64,000 nucleotides of DNA from Vicinamibacterales bacterium (GTDB lineage Bacteria > Acidobacteriota > Vicinamibacteria > Vicinamibacterales > UBA8438). Location of the stretch: assembly GCA_965116845.1 (NCBI GenBank), contig OZ220728.1:3970309-4034308 (forward strand), given 5' to 3'. A program made the position numbers and the translations under genes. Of the stretch, positions 24,991 to 32,901 are shown one piece after another (the first letter of the stretch is position 1; each line of letters begins with the position of its first letter). Under the pieces are notes generated by a model that was given only the letters and a program-made list of their open reading frames with translations, was not told the origin of the DNA and did no database searches.

Positions 24991-26858
24991 ACCTACCTCC
25001 CCAGAACAAAACAGCCGCAGCGCCGCGATGACGAGACCACCGACCGCAAGCTCTCATCGATGGCCTCTCCATTCTTTCTTCTTGACACCCGACTGATACC
25101 ACGGCCGGGCAGGACCACCGATTCTTCCACTACGCCCTGGGGCAGTCTCCCGGAAGGCGTCTCGAAGATGGAACAGCACCGCCGTCCCCCAGAAGTGAAC
25201 ATCGGAACTGGGGCGCGCAAGTCTCCGGCTCCACTTTCGAGTTCGGCCGCAGAAGCTCGGTCGACGCGCCGTGCCCGTCGTTGCGCGGGACGTCGACGGC
25301 ATCGACCAAGGGCTGGGCCATGGGCGACGCCTCGATGTCGAGCATCCGCAGCAGGCGCGGCGGTGTAGCGCCGGAAGCGGCTGTAGCCCCCAGGACGTGG
25401 TCCAACGGGTCCGACGCGGCCTTGGTCGCGAGCCCGTCTGCCCTGGCGACCAGCTCTCCAAAGCCCTCCCATCCGGGTCCCCCCGCGATCACCGCGTCGA
25501 GCGCGCCGCGCCGGTCTTCCGCGTGCCGATCAACGCCGTCCCCAGTTCGGCGAAAATGCACGGAGCACCTCGCGGACCGCGACCGTTTCGTCGCAGAGCC
25601 GCGACTCAGAGGCGCGCGGCTTCGCGATACGTTCTGCCGTCCACCCCGTCGTGGGTCCCTCACCGCGTCGGCGACGACCGCCTCCCACTCGAGGGCGCAG
25701 ACGGCGAGAGATCGCGAGGCAGCGGTTGGTCGGGTGCTCGCTGTCAACGGTCATCCGAAACTGAACGACCCTGAACAGATCGTCGACCGCAACATCTTGG
25801 GGTCGGGGATTGGGCATCGACAGACAAGAGCCAGTCCGGACCGGCGTGCGCGGAGGCGTCGTCAAGGCCGTCAGCCCCGCGAAGCGGGGGCCGAACGTAG
25901 CGAGGCGCCTTAACGAGGGCGAGCACACGCGCACGCTGGCGGTCTGACGATGCCACCGCAGGCCACAACATCTTGTGGTCTACCCGAGGTCAGATTCGTT
26001 CGATTTTACAAGAGCGCCAACACTCGCGGAGCTCGTCGGCGAAGTAGCGCTCTTCCTGCCCTCGCACCCCGCGTGATCCCAGGTGGAGGGATGTCGCCGA
26101 AAGAGCTTTTCCGGAAACCGCGAGGCCGAGGTACTCAAGGCGGTCCAGCCGCCGCTTGTCGACGAGCAGTTCCACGACCTTCTCGTCGAGGCGCGTACGT
26201 CCTTCGGGCACGATCGTCGATGCGCTCCAGGGGCACGATGCGGTCTTCCTGAAGGGCGGCGACGCTGGAGTGGTGGGGACACATCGACCCCCGTGCACGC
26301 CAAGGTTCCGGAGTCGGTGGGCGAGCTGATCGACAAGGGGCTGTGGCGCCGTGGCTGCCACCCACCTTGCCACCATGGCAGCGGCCTTCCGGGTCGTCAT
26401 GGCGCTGGATCGACTACAGCAGGCAGGTCACGTAGCTGTTGAACGAGGAAATAGGAACGACGCCCCGCCGGGGTGGAGGCACCTCGACCGTGCACTCCGT
26501 GGGATCAGTCGACCCCCTGCACGCCGACCAGCCGCCGCTGAAAGAGCATGTCCGGTGCCGGAGCCGCATCGCCGAGGTCATCGAGCGCATGTCCGAGCCA
26601 ACGCTGACAGTCGCCAAGGAGGTCCGACGACAAAGGCATCGTCCTGCCACTTGGTCGGCAAGGCCTGGCAGAGCAGACGATCCAGCATCCCTACCGGTCC
26701 CCGCGGATCAACTCCCTTGATCACCAGACCTCCATGATCTGATGGGTCCACCCGTCGACCACCGAAGCGTGGACCGCCAGCGGCGCGCCGCACAGATGCG
26801 CGACGCGGATGCGCTGGGACTTCGGATACGCGCCGGCCCAGGCGGAAGCCCTGTCCCG

Positions 26859-27971
26859 CTACGGCAACCGCGCCTCCTCGAACGCACTCGCTAAATCATA
26901 AACCGTGACCACCACGTCACGGGCGATCGCGACCTGCCTGCCATCGGGTGTAGCTGCGAGTACATTGGCAGGCAACTCCGCCGCCTCCTCGATACCGCTG
27001 ACTGTCTCGCCGGCCCATACGACGCCATCTCCCGCTCGCAGCTCCAATTCCCCCGATGAGTCCGCCTGAAGATGCCACACCGTTCCATCTTCCGTCACAC
27101 CTCGCGCAATACCCGCAGTGTCCGCGTACCTGTCCGTCGACCGGTACTCAGTACCATTGGTCAACAAACTAACCGCCCCACGAGTGGCACTTGGCTCCGT
27201 CGCGATCCTCGTGGCCCATTCACCGGCGTTGTAGCCAACGACGGCGGGTGCACCCTCCACGAAACGCTCGAGTAACACTTCATCCTCGAAGGAATAAACC
27301 CCTCGGTTCGTCACTGGCGCAAAGTATCGCTCCTCGCCCAACACCACACCCACGCCGCGCGGACCGGCCCACAACAGTGCACCGGTGCCCAACCAATGCA
27401 CAGTACGTATACGCCCATCGACGGTCAACATAACGGTGTCATCATTATCCACATCCAGTATCCCGATACTCCCGTAAGCGTCGGCCACGGCCACTTTCCC
27501 AACGCGATCGTCGCGACTGAGCACGTCGACGCTAACGGGAAACCACTCGGCGGGCAGGGCCCATTCCCAAGCAGTACCACCAGCCGGGTGGATTCTTTCT
27601 CCCGTTGTCAAGTCAGCGAATACGACACGATTGGCGTCACCCGAGACCAAGTACGCAATAATCCCAGTGACCTCCTCAACAGCGAAATCTCGCAATCGGT
27701 TGTCTGGGTACACAATCGTTCTCGTGAAGCGTAGGGAACCCGACGGAAGGTCCCAGACGTGAAGCATGAACTCGCCCATGGTCACCAAGGTGTTGCCGTT
27801 GGCCGTAAGGTGCACGCGCCTGACATCACCGCCCTCCGCCACCACTTCCGTCAGAGGCTCAACGCGTGGTGCGGCCATCTGCGCAGCGGCCACGCCATGT
27901 GGTGCCACGAATCGGCCGCCGGCAATACTCGCGATCACACACCCTACCGCTGCGGCGTACTTGACAGTCAT
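26859..27971 (-). CDS. Hypothetical exported repeat protein (beta-propeller-like)
   Basis: ATG 27971 after AAGGGAG; leader MTVKYAAAVGCVIASIAGG; repetitive beta-strand/turn pattern (VTMGEFMLHVWDL, VAVADAYGSIGILDVD, RDVVVTVYDL); lower GC. Confidence 0.5.
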   Translation of the reverse strand: MTVKYAAAVGCVIASIAGGRFVAPHGVAAAQMAAPRVEPLTEVVAEGGDVRRVHLTANGNTLVTMGEFMLHVWDLPSGSLRFTRTIVYPDNRLRDFAVEEVTGIIAYLVSGDANRVVFADLTTGERIHPAGGTAWEWALPAEWFPVSVDVLSRDDRVGKVAVADAYGSIGILDVDNDDTVMLTVDGRIRTVHWLGTGALLWAGPRGVGVVLGEERYFAPVTNRGVYSFEDEVLLERFVEGAPAVVGYNAGEWATRIATEPSATRGAVSLLTNGTEYRSTDRYADTAGIARGVTEDGTVWHLQADSSGELELRAGDGVVWAGETVSGIEEAAELPANVLAATPDGRQVAIARDVVVTVYDLASAFEEARLP

Positions 27972-27991
27972 CGCACGCTCCCTTTGTCCAG

Positions 27992-28927
27992 CTATCGGAC
28001 GGTCAATTCTCTGCTGCCTCGCGGATATCGCTCGACGAACCGCTGGTATATGTCCTTTGGCGACGAACGGTGTGACCAACGTCCCTTATCGAGATCGGAA
28101 TCCGACGATGTTCCCTCCGGGTTCAAGACGATCTGCAAGAAGGGTCCGTCCCACTCTTCGTGGTCACGCCAGTCGCGATAGTCCTTCGTATAGCCAAAGG
28201 CCCGATGTGTGCGGTGTGCTCCCAGCGGCCATTGCCTCCAACCAGCTGTCTGAAGTGCATCCTCCGAGACTCCGTCTAGCATTAGATGCAGCCGCCACCC
28301 ATCAACTCGCGCAGTCGTGCCGGTCAATCCGTGAAAATGGGTGGTCTTCGGTTCGGCCAGCAGGCCCTCGACCGTGGTCACATGGAAGATCACGGGTTGG
28401 CCCATAAGGTCTGTGTGCTCCAGGACATGCGTAATCATGTGGAACGTCGCTTTTGCGACTTTCGAAAGGGTGCGGTCCCAACAAGCTTTGGAGGAGGCCG
28501 TGCTGGAACACTGAGGGAGTGTCCGCAACAGACGCTGTTGGGCGGGAGTTAAAGCCGAATAGGAGGGTGTTGTCACGTAGCTAATGTGATTGCGAACCCG
28601 TGTGCGGAAAGCCAGGCGCCGCTGGAGCTGGCGGCGCAGACGGGAGTTGGGTTGGGCTCGAAGCGCCCGTACCGAGGCTGACTCGCAACCGGCGCGAAAA
28701 GACAGCGAAACCGTCGATGAGTTCGGACAGAGGCCCGCAGTCATACGCGGCCGGCCGAATCTCCCGCTGGAAACGGATGGCGGAGGAGACGGGCCGCGCA
28801 CTTCTCCAAGAGCCGGCTCGATAGGCGGCGGCGACGGCGCGGCGAGCGACGGCCGAGCAGAAGCGCACCCGATGGCTAGTATGACGGCGACCAGAGTCGG
28901 TGCAAGGGCGGATCGTGGATCGTGCAT
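27992..28927 (-). CDS. Hypothetical lipoprotein
   Basis: ATG 28927; lipobox VAVILAIGCAS; 21-nt gap to the next gene; the long track ORF 27992..29638 fuses it artefactually to a caspase fragment. Confidence 0.5.
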   Translation of the reverse strand: MHDPRSALAPTLVAVILAIGCASARPSLAAPSPPPIEPALGEVRGPSPPPSVSSGRFGRPRMTAGLCPNSSTVSLSFRAGCESASVRALRAQPNSRLRRQLQRRLAFRTRVRNHISYVTTPSYSALTPAQQRLLRTLPQCSSTASSKACWDRTLSKVAKATFHMITHVLEHTDLMGQPVIFHVTTVEGLLAEPKTTHFHGLTGTTARVDGWRLHLMLDGVSEDALQTAGWRQWPLGAHRTHRAFGYTKDYRDWRDHEEWDGPFLQIVLNPEGTSSDSDLDKGRWSHRSSPKDIYQRFVERYPRGSRELTVR

Positions 28928-28989
28928 AGCCCAACATATACCATGACTGGTTCCCACGCCATAGCAGGCACCAAAACACCAGGATTTTC

Positions 28990-29338
28990 TGGGTCTTCTG
29001 GAGTCGACCAGGTTCGGCGGTCGGAGAACCGGGCCCTGCGGCAACAAGGCGACGACCGGCTGATGAAGACGCGCTACCTGTGGCTGACGCGTCGCGGGAA
29101 CATGACGCAGCGGCAACGCCGGGCGTTCACGCCGCTGCGCCGGAGCTCGTCGCGCGTGGCGCGGGCGTGGGCGTGGGCGATCAAGGAACTGGCGACGCGA
29201 CTGTGGGACTACCGCTCCCGGGGCTGGGCGGTCCGGATGTGGCGGCGCTGGTACGGGTGGGCGATTCGCAGTCGCCTGGAGCCGATCAAGAAGGTCGCGC
29301 GGATGATCAAGCGCCACTGGGACGGAGTGATCGAGGCC
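28990..29338 (+). pseudogene. ISL3-family transposase C-terminal fragment
   Basis: VDQVRRSENRAL...TRYLWLTRRGNMTQRQRRAFTPL...VARAWAWAIKELATRLWDY...WRRWYGWAIRSRLEPIKKVARMIKRHWDGVIEAV; ends abruptly against the caspase fragment. Confidence 0.6.
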
Positions 29339-29638
29339 GTGCCCCGCGTAGAAGACCAGCGCCACGTCGGCCCCCGCGCTGCGCCTCGTGAACGTGCGCA
29401 GGGCCTGGTTCAGCTCCGTCAGCCCCGCGTCGAGGCTCGTCGTCACGTCGAAGCCGAGACGGCGGAGCGCCGCCGTGACGGCGGCCGCGTCGTTCGCCGG
29501 GTTCGGCAGCCGCCCGATGTGGGCGTACGTGCTGTTACCGACGACAAGCGCCACCCGGCCGTCGGCCAGCGCGACCGAGGCCCACGCAACCAGAACGACC
29601 GACAGCAGCAGGACGACGCCGAGCCTCACGGGCCGCAT
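29339..29638 (-). pseudogene. Caspase-domain gene, N-terminal fragment only
   Basis: MRPVRLGVVLLLSVVLVAWASVALADGRVALVVGNSTYAHIGRLPNPANDAAAVTAALRRLGFDVTT...ADVALVFYAGHG, then replaced by ISL3 sequence. Confidence 0.75.
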
Positions 29639-29842
29639 CTCTTCGCCTCCACTCCCCTCTTGCAGGACCGCCTTCAGCCCCCACCCTCGCCACGGGTCTG
29701 GGCCGGCGTCCGCGCCAGCAATATCGGCGGCGTTCCCGTCGTTGTCAAGGGTGCTGCCGGGCGGTGGATCGGCTCTCTACTACCAATCTGGTTGCGGATA
29801 GCAGAAGGCGTCTCCGTAGACAAGCGGACGCAGCCTCACATG

Positions 29843-29858
29843 ACTACCAGTTGGTAGT
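29843..29858. promoter_or_regulatory. Palindrome ACTACCA-GT-TGGTAGT (copy 3)
   Basis: actaccagttggtagt; a half-site ctactaccaat lies upstream. Confidence 0.35.
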
Positions 29859-29899
29859 TCAAAAAAGGACGCCGGGGAATGCCGGGGGAGAACACCCTG

Positions 29900-30590
29900 G
29901 CCTTCGGGGGACCGGCGTGCCGTGCGGACGGGGCCGTCATGGGCGAGCAAGACGACGCGAGGACCAGGAGCGGGACTCCCTCGAGAAGTACTATCCCACC
30001 GACGAACGCGTTCCGCGCTTCCGGCTGCTGCCCGACAGCCACCTGGTGCACGGTCGGGGACCTGCTGACGGCCGACGAGCTGAAGACCTCGCCCACCCAC
30101 AACGAGATGCTGCTCCGGACCGGCGGCCAGGATAGCCTGAACGCCCGGCTCGACGGGCCGGACGGCTCCTCCATCACCTGAGGCCTCCGAGGCCCCGTCG
30201 ACGCGGACGGCTGGAGCTCGTCGCGGATCGCATTGGTCACGAGTCTGCTGCCCCACATCCGGCAGTTCGTCCGTGTCCGGCAGGCGCTCGTACGGGCCGA
30301 GGCGCGGCACACGGTCGTTACGGCCCTGCTCGACAACCCGCGGGTCGGCCTCCTCCACCTGGACCGGCGCGGACGGGTCCTCGCCGCCAACGACCGCGCC
30401 CGCCGCATCCTCCGGGAACGGCGACGGGCTGACGGACCGGCGCGAGATGCAGGGCGCCCGGGCGACGGCGACCAGGTCCGGCTCGAGCGGATGGTGGCCG
30501 ACGCCCTGCCGGGCTCCGGACGGGCGCGGTCAGCGGGTCGATGCGGCTCCGTCGCTCGCCCGTGCTGCCGCCGTTCGTCGTGCACGTCAA
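29900..30590 (+). pseudogene. Regulator-like pseudogene (copy C)
   Basis: LLTADELKTSPTHNEMLLRTGGQDSLNARLDGPDGSSIT*GLRGPVDADGWSSSRIALVTSLLPHIRQFVRVRQALVRAEARHTVVTALLDNPRVGLLHLDRRGRVLAANDRARRILR; later frameshifts; truncated before any HTH. Confidence 0.35.
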
Positions 30591-30677
30591 GCTTGCGGCT
30601 CACAGGTCGAGCTTGTCACCGATGGTCCCAGGGGTAAGATGCGCGCCGGGAGGTGGAGTGACCGGACTGAGACCCGC

Positions 30678-31420
30678 GAAGCTGCTCTGTCGGCGGCGCT
30701 GAGGCGAATCGGCTTCGAGGTAACAACGGAGCTCGACGCCGACCGCGGGGAGAGTTGACCGAAGCGCTCCGGGCGTTCACGCGCCAGAGCGCGGGAGCGG
30801 ACGTCTCTCTGGTCTTCTACGCGGGCCACGGCCTCGAGATTGACGGAATCAACTACCCTGGTGCCGGTCGACGCCCGCCTGGAGCGCGACGTCGACGTGC
30901 GCTACGAGACGGTGACGCTCGACGACCTGCTGGTGGCGACGGTGGGGGCGCGGCTGCGGCTGGTGATCCTGGACGCCTGCCGGAACAACCCCTCGCCCGG
31001 TCGATGCAGAGGGCGGTTGCGTCGCGGAGCATCAGCGGAGGGAGCTTCGGGCAGCTCGACGAGGACCTGCTGGGGGACGAGACGCTGGTGGCCTACGCGG
31101 CGGCCGCGGGGACGAGGGCGGCGGACGGGTCGGGGAGGAACAGCCCGTACACGTCGGCGCTCTTGGCGCACCTGGACGAGCCGCTGGAGATCCTGACGCT
31201 GTTCCGGCGCGTTCGGGCGCGGGTCCTGGAGGTGACGAACGGAGAGCAGCGCCCGCACGAGTACCAGTCGCTGCTGCGGGAGCACTACCTGAGCGGGGCG
31301 CCGGCGGTGGAAGCGGTGACGGTCGAGGCGGCGGCGCCCGACGTTGCCGACGTCGACGTCGGCGAGCTCGATGTCGCGCAGCTCCGCGTGCTGGCGGAGC
31401 GGGGCGACGCGGAAGCGCAC
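30678..31420 (+). pseudogene. Caspase-domain pseudogene (several frameshifts, FGE part lost)
   Basis: AALSAALRRIGFEVTTELDADRGE / LTEALRAFTRQSAGADVSLVFYAGHGLEIDGINY / LVPVDARLERDVDVRYETVTLDDLLVATVGARLRLVILDACRNNP / LARSMQRAV...RNSPYTSALLAHL...RPHEYQSLLREHYL, spread over three frames. Confidence 0.7.
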
Positions 31421-31424
31421 CGTG

Positions 31425-31992
31425 CGATACGTCAACGCCCCCCGCGCATCCACCGCGAACACGTGATGGCCCTTGTTGATTCGCGGCACCCTCCGCAAGA
31501 TGTCGAGCGCCGCCGCAGGGAGATGGTGCAACCGCCGTCCCGTCTTCGTATGCGGCAGGGTCACACGCCGGCTCTCAAAGTTGACATGCTCCCAACGAAT
31601 CGCGAGCACTTCCGAGATCCTCAGCCCCGTCAGCGCGGCTACCCTGATCGCCGCAACGCTCGCCGGGAACCGCTCGTCGAGTCGATCGAGCGCGGTCGCC
31701 AGCGCCGCCAATTCCGTCGAGTCGAGCACCCGGTCTCGGGGTTCCTCGCGGGCCCGTTCGATGCCTCGCACGGGGTTCGTGTGCTGCGGTCTCCACTCCC
31801 AGGTCTCGAACAGATTGAACAGGCGCGAGACGAACGCGAGCACGCGGTTCCGGGTCGCGTTCGGCAACGGCCGAACGGCCAACTCCACGTGCGGATGCCC
31901 AGGTTCTTGACCTGAGCATCCCACAGAAACCGGGTCTTCGACTCCGCTTTCGCGTCGCGGATCCGACGTTCCGACAGCACGCGGCCTCCCAA
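31425..31992 (-). pseudogene. Tyrosine integrase pseudogene (frameshifted, 3'-truncated)
   Basis: VLSERRIRDAKAESKTRFLWDAQVKNLGIR (arm-binding N-terminus) then RNRVLAFVSRLFNLFETWEWRPQHTNPVRGI...AIRVAALTGLRISEVLAIRWEHVNFESRRVTLPHTKTGRRLHHLPAAALDILR; abuts the caspase pseudogene. Confidence 0.65.
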
Positions 31993-32215
31993 ATTGCGGA
32001 CTGCTGGCTACGTGGTGCCGACACCGCCCGGAACGCGCGAATCAGCACGCATCATGGCAATCTCATGTCGGCACTATGTAGGCAATGAGACAGAAAAGCG
32101 CCTCAAGCCGCCGCACGCAAGCGCACGGCAAGCAAGGCGTAAGTTCCTCTATATGAGCATTTTACGGACAGATCACGCAGGAGCATGCAAGGGCGCGAAT
32201 GCGTGGCACAGGCAA

Positions 32216-32257
32216 TTCGTAATCAGCAGGTCAGCGGTTCGAGTCCGCTCGCCGGCT
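32216..32257 (+). other. 3' fragment of a tRNA-Thr(CGU)-like gene (anticodon loop to acceptor end); probable att remnant
   Basis: ttcgtaatcag c aggtc agcgg ttcgagt ccgct cgccggc t: T-arm, variable loop and 3' acceptor strand are readable, but no matching 5' acceptor strand or D-arm lies upstream. Confidence 0.55.
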
Positions 32258-32511
32258 TCAATAGAATCAATAGTTTACGGAGGTCCAGGGTTCAAACCGA
32301 TCCAACCCGTATCACCACTGTGTCACCACCAATTCGACGGTGGATCGGCCTCGCCACACCCACGCCGCGAGGGTGGACCAACTCAAGTGCACAGCCCGCG
32401 CACTCGACCCGAGGCCAGCCCGTCACCACCGCCCGGACAGATGCGGAACCGACCGGCGAAGTCCCGCCAGTCTGAAGGCGTACTATCGTGTGCGACAGGC
32501 GTGCGGGTCGC

Positions 32512-32901
32512 TCAGTCAGGCCTGCCTGTCTGCCGCGCGACCTCGTTGGCAAATGTGCGGGCGGAAGCCAGCCAAGCGCGCAGCTCGTCTGCGGTGGGGT
32601 TGAGTTCGTACGGGTGGTGATGGCAAGCCCGGCTCAGAGCCGACCAGGTCGCGGAAGCCCGTCGTGCCAGGTCGCGGTCGCCGAAGTAGATAACCAGGCA
32701 GAGCAGTTGCGCATGGCTGCTGCAACGTTCCAGCCCCGGTTCACGCAGGCGCCAGTACTGGCGCAACGCGCCCTCGATGGCCTGGCGTCCGAGCGCGGCG
32801 GCGGTTCTCGGCCAGAGTCCCGCGCCGCCGGTGGTCGAGCTCCTGATCAGCGCTTCTGCCGCGGAGAGGACCCGAAGCGGCGACATCGTGCCGGACGTCA
32901 T
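32512..32901 (-). CDS. Small helical protein translationally coupled to the ATPase (function unknown; contains RACHHH, an Rx4H-type motif)
   Basis: 129 aa; the ATG overlaps the ATPase stop (ATGA); no signal peptide. Confidence 0.6.
   Translation of the reverse strand: MTSGTMSPLRVLSAAEALIRSSTTGGAGLWPRTAAALGRQAIEGALRQYWRLREPGLERCSSHAQLLCLVIYFGDRDLARRASATWSALSRACHHHPYELNPTADELRAWLASARTFANEVARQTGRPD

Noticed and set aside
24990-26850. Possible transposase or other gene remnants (ORFs 25130..25747, 25990..26400, 26578..26793, all minus strand)
   Set aside because: Short stretches look protein-like (for example DPLDHVLGATAASGATPPRLLRMLDIEA and IVPEGRTRLDEKVVELLVDKRRLDRLEYLG), but I could not match them to a family or assemble a consistent frame. 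The region is left unannotated.
29339-31420. The two caspase fragments as halves of one gene split by an inversion
   Set aside because: Both fragments contain the same region (RR.GF.VTT through FYAGHG), so they overlap in content and must derive from different paralogs.
32185-32260. A complete tRNA gene
   Set aside because: Only the anticodon loop through the 3' acceptor strand is tRNA-like. The required 5' strand GCCGGCG and a D-arm are absent, and the anticodon stem does not pair.
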